Shown here piece by piece: positions 41,034 through 57,149 of a stretch of 64,000 nt of DNA (position 1 is the stretch's first letter; every line of letters begins with the position of its first letter). The DNA is taken from the NCBI GenBank assembly GCA_050613775.1, contig JBODTK010000122.1:372001-436000 (forward strand). The letters are read 5' to 3'. The translations under genes were made by a program, and so were the position numbers. The stretch is from Neocallimastix sp. 'constans' (lineage: Eukaryota). The notes beneath the pieces are model-generated. The model was not told where the DNA came from and ran no database searches. It was given only the letters and a program-made list of their open reading frames with translations.

Positions 41034-41941
41034 ACACTTTATTATTCTTCTATTTTATATTCAAAAAAAAAAAAAAAAAAAGTAAATAGAACAATTTTAA
41101 ATAATTTGTATTTAGTTATATATTAAAAATAAAATTCAGTTTTTATATATTATTTGTTATAATTTTTTTTTTTTTTTAATTTGAAATTTGTTTTAACAAT
41201 GAATATTTTTTATTTATTTATTTATTTATTTATTCCTTCCTTCATGTACATAATATGCACATATATGAAGACAGAATTAGGGAATAATAAATTTCCTATT
41301 TTGAAAAAGTCATGAATAGAATTATGTGTTTTTGTGTAAAACCTAAAAAAATATATCTAATATAAAATAGGAGGAAAAAAAAAATTAACAAAAGTTAACA
41401 AGTTAGCAAATAGAAAATTTAATATATAGAAATAATTATGGTGAAACAAAATAAAAAACAAAATAAATAAATAAATAAATAAACAAACAAATATATAACT
41501 AATATATATATATAAATACAATTAAAAAAAAAAAAAAAAAAAGAGAAAGGTAAGGAGTAATATAAACAAATAGTACTAACAAAATAATAATAAAAATAAA
41601 AATAAAATAAAATAATAAAATAAAGTTAAATAAAATAAATAAATAAGTAATAATCATATTTAAAAAAATAATAATAAATTTATTATATAGAAAGCGTAAA
41701 TATTAACATGTATACTTTATTTTATTTTATATTTTATTTTGTTTATTTAGCTCCTATATTTAATTATTAAATATTTAATTACTGAACTGACAATTTTACT
41801 ATATTTATTATATATTTTGTTTATTTATCAATTTGTTATTTAAATATTTATTACTTATTAAATAAAGTAATTATATATTTTGAACATAATTTATTCAAAA
41901 ACATTCTGTAATGTAATAATACATATATAATTTGATTTCAG

Positions 41942-42480
41942 GTTTTTTTTTTCTTTTTTATTTTTTGACTGGGAGGAAGAACTATAGGGCCTACAATCTC
42001 TCCCATAAATGTATCAGACTCTTATTGGAATCTTTGCCATACTGATTTGGCGTCCTCGGTCCTCTCTCTAAGCAAGGCAAGACTAATATAAAAGAGATTC
42101 TCTTTATTCTCAGGTTTATACGACTAGCTTCCTTTCAGTGATCTCTTGAGTCAACATTTAGGGAGAAACAACTGCACTAATCCCTTCACAGATCAAAGTA
42201 CTCTCTGCATTAGTAATTATAGAGTCCAACAATAGGAATACTTACCATGGCAGGAGAATATCTAATTCGGTTATAGAAAAAAAAAACAAAAAAAAAAAAA
42301 AAAACACACTGGGAGGATGAAAAATACTTCATATAAATGCAGGAGGTAATTGTGGGGTTTATCCAAAAATTTTATGTGTGTTAGTCCCTAGTACTAATCA
42401 CCGGGATAATAATTGGAAAGACATTTTGAGATAGTCATTTAATAGATGGAACTAATAGAATATTGCCATCAGTAAATATT
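41942..42480. mobile_element. GC-elevated island, probable retroposed fragment(s); orientation unresolved
   Basis: Bounded by a T-tract (41943-41966) and an A-tract (42277-42304). ACTGGGAGGA repeats at 41968 and 42308. Termini resemble LINE 3' ends seen elsewhere in the window. Confidence 0.4.
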
Positions 42481-44960
42481 AATAATATATAATATATAAT
42501 AAATAAATAATTAATAAATAATATGTAAATAAATTAATAAACATATCCTTATAAAAAATCATTTAATAATAAATAAATAAAGTAAATAAATTAGTAAATA
42601 AATAAGCTAAATAAATAAATAAATAAGTAAATTAATTAATTAATTAATTAATTAATTAATAAATTAATATCTATATATAAATAATACTAAACTAAAAATA
42701 ATTAAAACTGAAAAAGATTTAATATAAATAAAATCTATTAAAATTTTGATAAAATAACAATTTAATATTCTAGCCATCATCTATAAAACCAAAACTTGCT
42801 TTTCTTTCATCCTCTTTACGCTATTGCATAATCATTCAATAATCATTCAATAATCATTCATCATTTTTTTTTCTATTATTTCTATTATTTCTTTTTTTAA
42901 CTTTGTGTTATTGAAAATAGAATCAAAATAAAAAATTATTATTTATTTTATTTTATTTTATTTTTCTAAATTTAAATTAGAATTGATATTTAATTTTCTT
43001 TTATTATAAATAAAAATTTTGCCACTATTATTTATTTATTTATTATTTATTTATTTATTTATTTATTATTTATTTATTTATTAATTATTTATATGTATGT
43101 ATGTTTATTTATTTATTTGCAGATTGATTTTGACATTTGTTATGATTTATTTATCTTGTGATATTTTTTCATATATATAATAATATGTGGTTAAATTAAT
43201 TGATAATATATGAAAGTTTAAAGTTGTATAGATGACCTCAGGCTCTTTATTTACTTTTTATGATTTAAAATTTCATAAGGAAATAGGAATAAAATTAGAT
43301 GAAAATTAACCAATTTATTTCAATATAATGTACTATATTTATATTTACTAATTTTATTTTAGTTTATATACATTATAATATAATATAATATATATCATAT
43401 TATATATCATATTATATATCATATTATAATATCTTATTATATAGCTTATTTTATTTTATTTGAAAGTTTTAATCTATACAACTTTAAATTAATTAAATTA
43501 TTATCATCATCATTTTATTTATTTATTTATTTATATGTAACAACACTTTCATGTTATTTATAGTTTGTATTCATAATCTAAGGAATAATATATTTAATAT
43601 ATAAATAATATATAAATTAATATAAACCAATATATTTAATTTTTAAATAATAAATAGATAAATAAAAAAACTGAATAAATTATTTAAACCAATTTGGAAA
43701 AGGATAAAATTAAAAAAGAATAAAAAAAAAAGAAAAGAATAAACTTTTTATCATATATTATAAATAATATAGACTTAAATACATTTTAATATATCACAAA
43801 ATTGAGTAATAATTAATATATAATGGTAATATCTATGAATAATAATAAATAAAGTTTCATAGTTCCTTCTTTTTTTTTTTTTTTTTAATTATTTATTTCA
43901 TATTTTATTTTATATAATTTATAAATGATAAATATTTTTGTTAAGTTAGAAAAACATTTAAAAATAAAAAATAAAATTAAATTGAAATGATATAATTAAA
44001 TAATAATAATATAGTTTTATATATACTAAAATAGTTTGTAAATTAATAATTTCATATATTATTATTATAGTCTATATATATCATTCTATTTAGGCAATAA
44101 ATATTTTTTAATCTATATTTTATTATAAAAGTTGAATAAGAATAATATATTTACTAATAGTATTATTTATATATGTAATATATTAATAATAATTATTTTA
44201 AATTATTCATTTTTTCATTTAATCTTTTTTTTTTTAATTATTTTTGTTTTTGTTATAATTATTAAACTTTTTTTAATTACCTATAATAATAATTTTTATT
44301 ATAATTATTTAATAATAAATATATAATTGTTTTTTATTATTATTATTATTATTATTATTTTTTATTAATCTATTATATTTATTAAATTAATGATATTGAT
44401 TAAAGAAAACTAACTATTTAAAAACAAAAAATTTACTCTTTTGAAAATTTTTTAATTTTTTTTTTTTACTTTACTTTTAATTATAATTATTTTATGATAT
44501 ATATAGTAAAAAACAATAATATAATTAATGAAATTATAGGTTATTAAAATAATATTTAAATAAATAAATAATTAAAAATAGAATAATATATAAAAGCGAT
44601 GATATTTTTAAATATATAAAAATTCAAACTGACATTAGGATATGAAAATAGTTCATTTTATTTAAATATTACTATTCTCTAAATAATAATATATTATTTT
44701 AATAGATATATTTATTTAAATAGATATTAATTTAGGAGTAACAAAAAAAATGATATTTTCAGTATTATCCTTATAATTAAAAAAAAAAAAAAGAAAGTAA
44801 ATTGACAGGAATTTAAAAAAAACAAAGAATAAAAATATTTTAACATTTTATAAAGAAATAGAAAAAAATATCAAAATAAAGTAATAATATTATTATTAAT
44901 AACAATAAACTTTTTTTCTTATTTATTGGTATTTTTTATTTTATTTTATTATATTTTTAT

Positions 44961-45001
<41 letters not shown>

Positions 45002-46052
45002 TTTTTTTTTTTTAATAATATATTAAATATAAATAATCTTCAAACAATGTATTAATGATTTATTATTTAAAATATATAAAAATATATTAATTATTTTTTA
45101 GCTTTAGAAAGTATTGTTTTTATTATATTTATAAGTAATATATATATTTTTGTATTATAGAAAATAAATATAAAAATTTTGATAACAATAAGAATACTTT
45201 TTTAAAGTCAAATATAACTTTATTTTTCTATATAATATAACATAATAACTAATAATTATATATTTTAGTAATAATAATATCAAATATTAAATTAAAGTTT
45301 ATTCAAATAAAAAGCATTATTTTGTATATATTGTATATAATATAAAAATAAATATAAATAATAGTAATAAAAAATATAAAATAGATATTATAAATATTAT
45401 AATATTTATATTAATTTTTTCAATTATAATACATTAATTATAAAAATAATACTATATATAAATCATCAAAATTTTTATAATTAATTTGAAAATATAGAAA
45501 TATATTTATATAAACAATAATAAATATATTTAAATATTAAAATAATTATTAATTGTTATTTTTGTATAATTTTTTTTTTTTTTTCTAAAAAAAAAAAGAG
45601 AATAATATATTTGTATATTGGAACATCTAAATATCTAAATATATTTAGATATTAATATTAGAAGCTAAATTTATAAAATATTATAAATAAATAAATATTA
45701 TCTTTCATTTTTTATCTTTTTTTGTTTTTATTTCTTAAGTTTTATTATTTTTATTCTTGTATTTTTTCTATTAAAAAAATAAAAAAAACAGAACAAAACA
45801 AAGCTTTTATTTTGTTTGCGTTAGAACTTCGTTTTGCATATAATAATTATAATTCATTTTTACATATATATTTTTAAGTTAAATAAAAAAAATTATTTAA
45901 GCTTTTAATATTTCAATTCTTTTTTTTTTTTTTTATATTTTCAATATAAATAATAAATAATATAAAGTAAAAGTAATAAAAAGAGGAAAAAAAAAAATCA
46001 AAATATATTTATACATATATAAATATTATAACAAAACAAAAGCAGAAACAAA

Positions 46053-47507
46053 ATGGATATTGACTGCGATTGGTGTATTTGTGGAAAGAAAACTACTGTA
46101 AGTAATAATAATAGTAGTAACGATAAAAATTTTATAATTTTGGTGATATAATATAATAAAAAAATTATAAAACTAATTGTTATTTTTAATTATATAAAAT
46201 TATTTTTATTTTTATTTTTTTTTCCTATTGTATTCTTTTCTATTTGTTTGTATAATTATATATATTTTAAAATATAGAACGGAAGTCTTTATTGTTCAGA
46301 AGAATGTAAACTCTCTGATTGTGCTTCAGAATCTTCTTACAATTCTGATTTTTCCTATCTTTCTAATTCATCCTATGCTTCTATGATGACTATAAGTAAT
46401 TATATGCCAACTCTTTATAACAAAAAGATGAATAAAAATTATGTTTCATTTATTAAAAGTAATAATAGTAGTAACAAAACCCTCAATCTTAATACTATTA
46501 ATAACAAGAGTTATGCTAATAAAACAATGAATCATCCTTCTCCTACTTCACAAATATCGTCGAATAAATATAATAAAATGAACATGAGAAGAACTTCTAC
46601 AGGAGGATTAATAACTTCAAATATGATGACGATGAATATTCCAGCAGTAACTACCCATGTAAATACTTCTGGTCATATTATTAAAACTTCTACTTCTGCT
46701 CCTAAAATCGATATTGATTCTGTAATCACTCCGCCATCTAAGTTTTATAATCGTAGATATTCTTTACCATTTCATAAAGGAAATCATCAAATTAATTTAC
46801 CTATTAATACTCTATATAATACAAACAGTAATGCATTAATACCACCACCTATCGGACTTTTAAACTATGATACAAATGATAATAATTCTGATACTAATAT
46901 GGATACGGATATTGAAACTAATACTAATAAAAATGCTAACCCTATTAATAATCATTTAAATATTAGTACACAAACTATTGCAAATATACTTAATAATACC
47001 ATATATGCGACAATTACACAAAATAATATAATTAAAAATAATGAATATCAATCACAAGAGGAACCATTAACTTATAAAAATAATGATAATACATTAAACT
47101 ATTATGAAAATAATGAAAATATTAATAATAATAATAAAGGTATATTAGATTATACTAAAACTCTAAAACCAATATCTGAAATTATTACTACAAAAAATAA
47201 TATTACTCAATCCAATGATACAAAAAATATAAATAGTAATAATAATAATAATAATATTAATGATAATATTGAAAGTAAAAATAATAATAATAATAATAAT
47301 AATTTATTATATAAGACAAATGCTTCTACTAATCTTTGTGCCCTCAATAATAATAATGGTAAGTGGAATACTATGGGAAATCTTAAAATTATTAATGGAG
47401 GAAACAATACTATTATAAAACCATTAGCTCTTCGTAGAACTAATAATGCAGATTCCATGGAACCTACTACTAATTCAAATAATAAACTTACACCAATTTA
47501 TTTTTAA
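46053..47507 (+). CDS. Ecl1-family zinc-binding protein, about 424 aa, two exons (46053-46097, 46278-47507)
   Basis: Exon 1 encodes MDIDCDWCICGKKTT. A GTAAGT...TAG intron spans 46098-46277. Exon 2 begins NGSLYCSEECKLSD and runs in frame into the 46383 track ORF. Splicing restores the Ecl1 Cys motif; the tail is Asn-rich. Confidence 0.85.
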
Positions 47508-47561
47508 AGAAATAATTAACTTTATTATTATTTTTTTTCCAGTTTTATTTTATTTTTGTTG

Positions 47562-47606
<45 letters not shown>

Positions 47607-47882
47607 AAAGGAATTAATTAAATGAGAAAAAGAAAACTATTATAAAATTTTTTAATATACCGGTTAAAACAATTAATAATAATATAATTATAGTATTCTT
47701 TAACATTTTTTTTTTAAATCAAAATCAAAACAAGACAAAACCAAAAAAAAAAAAAAAAAAAAAAATACATACAATACACACAATTAACATTAAAAAAGTT
47801 TAACATCTATTATTTTTTTTTGATTTTTTATTTTTTTTTGATTTACTTAAAATACCTTTCAAAAAAAAAAAAAAAAATATAT

Positions 47883-47919
<37 letters not shown>

Positions 47920-47936
47920 TTTTTATAATCACCATA

Positions 47937-47969
<33 letters not shown>

Positions 47970-48478
47970 TAGTACATAAATAAATAAAAAAATAAAAATA
48001 ATAAAAAAAAAATTTTTTAGATATATATATCTATATATAAAATATACCCTATATGTTTGTTAAACTTTTTTTTTTTTTTTTCCTAATGATTTAAACTCTA
48101 TTAAACTATTATGAAAAAAATTTTTTTAATAATATAAATAAAATTTTATATTATTTATACCTTTTTTTAACCTCATCTTTATAATTTATTATTATTATTA
48201 TTATTATTTTAATATATAAATAAACATAGATATATATAATGAATCATTATTAAAGTATTATGATTCTTTTTATTATTATTATTTAATATTATTATTATTT
48301 TTAATTAGTAAAAGTTTAAATAAATAAAAAATTAAAATTTTTATAATATATCATAATATAATATTTATGTATATAAATATAATAATATTATATATTATAT
48401 ATTATATAATAATAATTATTATTATTATTATTATTGTTTTTTATTATAAATTTAACAATATTTTTTTTTAATAATAAT

Positions 48479-48511
<33 letters not shown>

Positions 48512-49710
48512 AATAATAATAAAAAAGAAAAAAAATTTTTTTTTATCAAATTATATTTAAACATCTGGTTCTATTTTGATCTCTTTAATTTTTCCTTTTA
48601 ATTTAATTTATTTAATTTATTTTTATTTTTTTTTTTATTTTTTTTATTTTATTAATTTTCTATTTTTTATTAAATTTTTATTTTTTATTTTATTTTATTT
48701 ATTTTATTTTTTTACTTTTCATATTATAATTGTATTTTTAATATTGCCTTTTCTGATCAAATTAAAATTTATATATATATCTATCTATTTATTTTCTATT
48801 TTTTGTCATCAAAATATTGAAAAATAAATAAAAAAAAAAAAAGAATTTTTTTTTTATTTTCATAATAAATAAAATTTTATATATATCCTATAATTTATAT
48901 GAATTTAATATATAAAGATTATACTTAATACCTATTATTGATTAATTCAAAAACAAAAACAAAAACAAAAACAAAAACAAAAACAAAAACAAAAACAAAA
49001 ACATAATAATTAAAAAAAAAAAAAAAAAAAAAATAAAATAAAATAAAAAATAAAAAAAAAAAAGTTCTGATTGATTTCATTTATTTATTTTTATTTTTTT
49101 TTTTTTTTTTGAATTATCATTAAAATAAAAAAAAAAAAAAAAAAAAAAAAATAAATATAGTAATAAAATTTAAGAGAGACAGACAATATTTAGAAGAAAT
49201 ACTCTGAATAGAAGATGTAAATATTAAAAGAAGATTGTTTTAAATTAATATATAACAATATATAAAAAATACATTTTAATTTATGGTCTTAGAATCATTA
49301 TGATTAGTATTATTTATTATTACCATTACTATTATTCTTTTTAACTTTTATATTCGTATTATTAATTTGTATTATCATAACCATTTACTATTTTTTTCAT
49401 TATAATTATTATTAAAAAAAATTTAGTTTTTTTCTTTTCTTTTTTTTTTTTTTTTTTCTTTTTAATTTATTTTAATTTTATATTATAATATGATTAAATT
49501 AATATATATAATTATTCATTCTATTAGACTTAATTTGGTTATAGTTTTTTTATTTATTTATTTATTTATTTATTTTTTTATTTATTGTTTTTTTTTTCTT
49601 ATTGATTTTTTAGTGATAATTATCAAAAAAAAAAAAAAAAAAAAAAAAAAATTAAATAATTGTCACAATCAATAAATATATATATATATATGTCTATTTT
49701 ATGTAGAGAT

Positions 49711-49775
49711 TAGTATTACATTTAAAGTATTACATTTATATTTCATATAAATGTAATACTTTAAATGTAATACTA
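49711..49775. repeat. Perfect 31-bp inverted repeat with 3-nt spacer
   Basis: TAGTATTACATTTAAAGTATTACATTTATAT-TTC-ATATAAATGTAATACTTTAAATGTAATACTA. Confidence 0.95.
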
Positions 49776-50388
49776 TATATATATATAATTTATTTAATAT
49801 ATTATATTAATAAGATAAAATATGAACAGAAATGAATATGAAAAAAAAAAAAAAAAAAAAAAAAAAACAATTATTTTAACCATAAACATATTGTTTTTAT
49901 AATATAATACACGATCCCTCGTTTTTTTTTTATCCTTCTTTTCCCATAAATATTTGAATGAATGAAGAAAGTTAAAATTTAATTTAATGTTCATTGTGTG
50001 TATTAATAAATAATCTTTTTATCCTTTTTTTTTTCCAACTCTTTTTAAAAAATAAAATAAATGTAATTTTAAATTTATCTTAGAAAATGTGTATATATAT
50101 AAAAGATATATTATTTTAAAGTGTATATAAAGTGATAATGATATTACCTTTTTGTTTATATGAAAGAATAAAAGAGAAATATATATAAAAAAAAATAAAA
50201 TTAAAAAAAATTTTTGTTTTGGAAACAGGATTAGAAGTAGAAAGAGGAAAAAAAAAAGTGGGAGAAAGAGAGAGAGAGCGATGGATAAAAGTATTAAAAT
50301 GGAGCAAAAGATAGGAGCGAGAGAAAAAAATGTTAATATAATGAAAATGAAAATGAAAATAAAAAAGATATGTAGAGGAGTGAATTTC

Positions 50389-50422
<34 letters not shown>

Positions 50423-50510
50423 TATTATTGAATATTGGTGAGGATATTTGAGATGGAGATGGAGATGGAGATGGAGATTAAAGTAAAAAAAAAAAAGGAT
50501 AGAGTTTGAC

Positions 50511-50541
<31 letters not shown>

Positions 50542-50581
50542 CAAAGTATCTTCTACGGAATGGCGTGGAGATTTCTCTCAT

Positions 50582-50617
<36 letters not shown>

Positions 50618-51555
50618 AAAAATAAGGGTTAGATTTGATATATTTATTAAGGGAAGAGTTGCATTTTGCCAAGTGGAGTATTGATAGAAATAAATGAATA
50701 AATAAATAAAAATTTAAAATAATTTCTTTTAAACTTGCTTGTATATTCAATATTAATAATATTTAATTTTATTTATTTATGTATTTATATAATAATTTTC
50801 AATTTGGCGAAATACAACTCGGTGAAATACCCCACTCCCTTTAACAAGAATATGGAATTAATGAGGTTGATGAAGAAAAACAAAAAAAAAAAAAAAAAAA
50901 AAAATTGAAAAAGATTAACCTATACTCTTTAACTCTAATAATAAATATATATATATATATATATATTACTAAAAAAATATATAAATAATGAAATAAAAAA
51001 ATATATTAAATTATATATGTTAAATATATCAATAATCATGTATAATACTCATATATACATGATATAATCAATATACTGTATAAAATAATATAAATATATT
51101 CATATAGAGTTACGAGTTTAATTTTTATGGCTCAAAGAATTTTTTTTTGTAATTACTTTATTAAAAAGTATTAAAAAATATCATCAAAACATAAATGGTT
51201 TATATATACTGATTACATTGATAAAAACAGTTTAAATAGTTATATTCAATATATATGATGCTATATGCATCAATATTTACTCTAATAAAATATGATTTTA
51301 TTTTTTAAGATTAAAGTTTTAAGTAAATAAGTGTAAATTAATAATAATGAATTAAAAATAGTAATTTAATTATTTTTAATATCCAGAATAATCGATAAAT
51401 TTTACAGTACAATTAACTAATATATATATATAATCAATTAATTACTTATTTCAATTATAGATCTATTTATTTTAATTAAAGAAAGAAAAATTATTTATAC
51501 TAATATTAACAAATGTTCTCTAAACTATTATTACTACATATGATAAATTCTTCTG

Positions 51556-51589
<34 letters not shown>

Positions 51590-51796
51590 TTGTGTGTGTC
51601 TTTCAATGTATGATTTTAAATATATTTATTTAGAATATTAAAAAAAATTTCATTTTTAATTTCTATTTTTTTTATTTCTATTTTTTTTTTTTTTTATTTT
51701 TTATCTATTTTAATTTATTTTTTATTATATAATATATTTGTAGATTAAATAACAGAATTTAATAAAATTATTATTATCTACCTATCTACCTTTGTA

Positions 51797-51829
<33 letters not shown>

Positions 51830-52118
51830 TTTTTTTTTTTTTTTTTTTGTTTAACCATAGTATTAAATAATATCTTAATGATTAAAAAAATATTTAAAAT
51901 TTTTTTAAAAAATAGTATAAATCAAAAAAAAAAAAGGAAAATATCACATTAAACTTTCTACTTATTAATAAAATAAAAAATAAAATAAAAAATAAAAATA
52001 GAATAAAATAAAATAAAAATAAAAATAAAAATAAAATAAATATAAAAATAAAATAAAAATAAAATAAAAATAAAATAAAAATAAAATAAAAATAAAATAA
52101 AAATAAATATAAAATAAA

Positions 52119-52174
<56 letters not shown>

Positions 52175-53856
52175 TTAAAATAAGAAATATTTAACTTTAT
52201 ATATTTTTATTTGAATTTATAATTTTATTTATACTTTTATTAGATGTTTAAAAATAATATTTTAGCTTTTTTTTTTTTTTTACGAACATCTTTATAATAG
52301 AAATGTCTAATACAAAAATGGTATAAAATAAAATAAAAATAAAATAATAATGATAATAATAATAATAATAAAAAAAACAAACAATTAAAATAAGAAAAAT
52401 TTAATTTCATAAATGTTTATTTGAATTTATAATTATATTTATATTTTATTAGATGTTTAAAAATAATATTTTAACTTTTTTTTTTTTTTTTCAATAAGTT
52501 AATTATTTTTACTCTATACTATTTCTATGATATTTTTTTTATATATAAATAGATTAATTTTAAAAATTTAGTATTAATTTCAGAAATATTCAATTTATAT
52601 ACTTATTTTATTTTTTTGAAATTAATATTTTTTTTTTATTGAATTTTTAAAAGTGGTAAGATTTATTATTTTTTTTTATATTATCATTTAATTCTAAAAT
52701 AATCTTATTTTTATTGGCATAATCCATTAAAAATTTAAACATATTAATATTATTTTTAGAAATGGGAAAATGAAAGAGAATACCATTCATTTTCATTTTT
52801 TTTTTTATTTTAATTCAAAAATAATTTAATTTTTGTAATTATAATTCTCAATAATTGAATCATTTCAAAATTATCATTATCCATAGTTTATAAAAATAGA
52901 TACCATCAAAACAGATTTTTTTTTTTTTTTTTTCAATTCATTTCCAATTTAATTTTTATTTTTATTTGTATAATTTTATTAATAATTTAGTTATTTCAAT
53001 ATTATTAGGCAGAAATGACTTAATAAAAAACAGTGAATAATAACCAATTTTTATTGTTTTTTTCATCTTATTTCAAAATAGGTTTATTTAAAAAAATATA
53101 TATATATTAATATATATAATATTAAAAATAATTAAAATAATTAAAAAAAAAAAACATTTTAATTATCTTTTCATACAAACCTTTTTTTCAAAATTTTTTA
53201 GTTCCAATTTTTTAAAGATAAAAAAAAAAAAAAATAAAGTTAATGTAATAAAAATTTCGGACATAATAAAATTAAAAAAAAAAACAAAAAATAAAATTTT
53301 TTTTTGAAATAATATAAATTTAAATATATTAGAATATATTATAATATATTAGATATATTAAAAATTTCTTTTTGAATTAAAACTATAAATTTAAATAAAT
53401 TATAAAAATACATTAAAAAATATTTATTAGCTAATAATCCATTATCCTATAAAAATATCTTTTTTAAAAATAATAATATTTAATTTTAATAATATATAAA
53501 TTAATTATGTTAATTATTAAATATTTTTGTTTAAATAAAAATATTATAAAAACATCTCTACTTTTTTTTTTTTCTTTAATTAATAATTAATAAAAAAAAT
53601 TATTAATTTAATAAAATAAAAAAAATATAATTTGATTTATACAAAAAAAAAAAAAAAAAGTACAACATTTACTATAAGAAATAGATATATTAAATACTTT
53701 TTTTTTCTTTGTAAACTTTTTTAATATTAAAATTTATTCAAAATACATATTATTAATAAATAATAATTTTTCAACTTTTTTTTTTATATTTAAAATTAGA
53801 GGTTTAAGTTTTGAAATTCAAATAGTTAAAATGATAAATACAAGTTAATAATAATT

Positions 53857-53890
<34 letters not shown>

Positions 53891-54167
53891 TTAAAAATTT
53901 AATTGTTTAATTAATTATATATAAATATTTTTAAATTAAATTATATTAAATTATACAAAAAATATTTACTTTCATTTTCGTTAAAAAACATTTTCCAATT
54001 CGTTACACATATTTTTTGTTTTTTTCACTTGTTGTAAAATGTCTTCTACACAAAAAAAAAATAAAAAATAAAAATAAATCAATTTTAAATATTGAATAGT
54101 TCATCAAAATCTATTTATATATTCATCAAGTACTTAATATATATCTTTCTCAAATGTCTATGGAGAT

Positions 54168-54213
<46 letters not shown>

Positions 54214-54587
54214 GTTTCATTAATACTTTTAACTCCCATTAAAATATAAAATTAATATACTCGATTATTAATCACATATAGCAGGAGAATCGAATGATCG
54301 ATCCCAGCAAATAAAAAACCTTTCAATCTTGATCAACTTATCATCCACGTAATAACCGTCACCAACGATTTGATATTTATCATCTTTTTAAAAATTTGAT
54401 CTTGGTTTGGATTATCTTAGAAGTATCCCAAAGATGGATAACTAATTCATTACCGACCTTCGATCCAACCAATATACTGAATAAAATAAATATCAAGGTA
54501 AAAAAAAATCGTTTAACTTTCCTACTAATGTCATCTTAATCTTTTAAAGAAAAAAAGAGCCTTTAACTTCTTAAGCAATTTGATTTA

Positions 54588-54624
<37 letters not shown>

Positions 54625-54667
54625 GTTCTTAAAATAATCCTGGATCTAGATTTGATCAATAATTCAA

Positions 54668-56046
54668 TTTTTTTTTATAACCGCAATTATTACTAACTTT
54701 AATATTTATTTATTTATTTATTAATTAATTATATGAATATTTTTTATTTTTTTTTATAAAAAAAAAAAAAAACACATAATTAAAAAAAAAAAATAAATAT
54801 TATTTGTTCAATTAGAACATAATGATATTTAAAATAGTATCGTGAAATAAAAAAAAAAAGTAATATTCAAAAATAAAGTGTATAAATAAATTCAGAAAAA
54901 AAAAAAAATTCATTGGTAAACAAACCTCATCTCCATATTACCTGTTCCGGATTAGGGTTTGAATTGACTATCTGAAAGGAAATTATGGTCTTCTCCTTCA
55001 GAGAGAGACATTGATCCTGGTAGCCTGTCATACTGCATTTTCAGTATTGATGCTCCTTGGTTAATTTGCGCTTATATACCGTCGGAATTAGCAATCCTTG
55101 TCGAGTACTGGCCCTTAGGCATTATTTCTGTAAAGAGAGCCAGTAGATCACATCAAGAATGACGTTTTTTGAATAATCACTAGAAATGATTTGGTTCTTA
55201 AACAAAACATCCCATTCTTTTTTTTTTTTTTTTTTTAAATAATTTAAATCAATAATGTCTTCATCTCTTCCATCAAGAAGAAAGTTATATAATAGATACC
55301 ACGTCACGTATATATTTATACACCCATTATTCCGAAAGAATTTCTTAAATTAACACGATTTTCACCAACTGAATTATTCACTACACTATTAGTAACGATA
55401 CTATTATTTTCACTATCACTAATATTAATACTAAAATTGATATTTTCACTATCACTAACACTAAAATTAATATTTTCACTTTCACTCATACTACTATTAT
55501 TTATTAACAATATTATTTCTATTCTTATTATTATTTATATTATTTATATTATATCCTTTGTTACTACCATCAGAATCTGTACGTGATTCTATATTATTCA
55601 TTTTCCGTGATAATAGTGATTACATTACTATATGATATTGGTCATTATTTAGAAATCATAAAAAAATTTTTCATAAAGAATTTCAATATCCTTAAAAATA
55701 TTTCATTTTAAAAACCCGGAAAAGATAGCAATTAGTAAAGCTAATGTTCCAGTCAAGGATCTCTTTTTTTTTTTTTCTAATAATAACAAGGACACCTCTC
55801 TGGATAGTCATCTTCAATCATTTTTGGCGACTTTTACAACACAAGCATCAAACTTAAATCCATATCTGGCATATGAAGTACCCATCGAAAGCCAATATAC
55901 TAAATTCAGGATACTTAAAAGTTAAGCCTTTAGGGAGTCTCTAGTCTCTAGTTTTTCCAAAATTTAAATTTTTTTTTTTTTTATAAGCTTTAGCCTTGAT
56001 TGATTTTCCTGCTATATCTCTATCCCAGTAAAAGTTTAAAATTGAT

Positions 56047-56077
<31 letters not shown>

Positions 56078-57094
56078 AAATTTATCTAATTTGTCTACTA
56101 AAAAATTTTTTTTTTTTTAACTTTCTTTATCCAATTTTAATTCAATATAAATATTCTTATTTCTCTAAATTCGTTACATTTTTTTTTTATAAAATTGATT
56201 CACATAGTACAGTATACAAGTCAACAATTCTTAGTAAATTCATTGGAATCACTTATAGATTTGTAATCTTTAATTTATTAATATATTATATATGCTTTAC
56301 CTTTTGAGGACAATACTTTTTTTTTTGCGGGATATTCTAAACATCGCTTTTTTGATATCTGTTGAAGATGTCATCGATAAATCCTTAGCCATGGAATTAG
56401 TAGTGTTAATGAACTTTTCAACTCTACTATCTGCTGAAAGCTCTTAATATTTCCTGATTCTTCACTGAAGAATCTTAAATTTATTGTGATCAGATGCTGA
56501 AGGATCATCAACAAAAAAAGTACTTGATATTTTTATCCAGTATACTTGAATTGACTAACACACTCATGATCAATATCTGAGGAATATCTACATTTCATCC
56601 ATGAAATAGATGAATCATTAATCTGGAAAGATAAACCTGTTACCAAGACTATTGTTGGTTAATTTATCTTGTATATCAGTGGTGCTCATGTTAAAATCGC
56701 TAAGAAGAATAGATGGATGGATGGATGATTAGTGTAATTCTGAAGCCATGTGAAAACCTCAAAGAAAGGATATCGTCCTTGTAATAAGTGCTTCCTAATG
56801 GGAATATAGGCAATACCTTATAGAGTACACAGAGTGATTTCACAGACTATATATTTGTTAAAGAAACAAGATGAGTATAGAAATTATCTTCAAGAACTGC
56901 TTAACATGAGACATGATACTCAAGATATAAACCTCTGCAACCTGGCGTATTAGGATCTATTCTTTTCTGGAAATATTTGTAGTTGGGGAAGTGTTACTTT
57001 ACATGGATTTCTAAGTATCAAATGGTACCATTACCTGTTTCCTTGAAAACATAGGAATAATGGTTTAAAAATCATGTTGAAGTATTCAATATTA

Positions 57095-57149
<55 letters not shown>

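Noticed and set aside
42238..42262. U1 snRNA-like 5' sequence ATACTTACCATGGCAGGAGAATA
   Set aside because: It resembles the U1 5' end, but no stem-loop I GAUCACGAAG loop, stem-loop II or Sm site follows, and it runs into an A-tract after about 40 nt.
50200..50900. Purine-rich, GC-elevated segment resembling a promoter or exon
   Set aside because: No credible ORF or splice structure nearby, so no feature can be supported.
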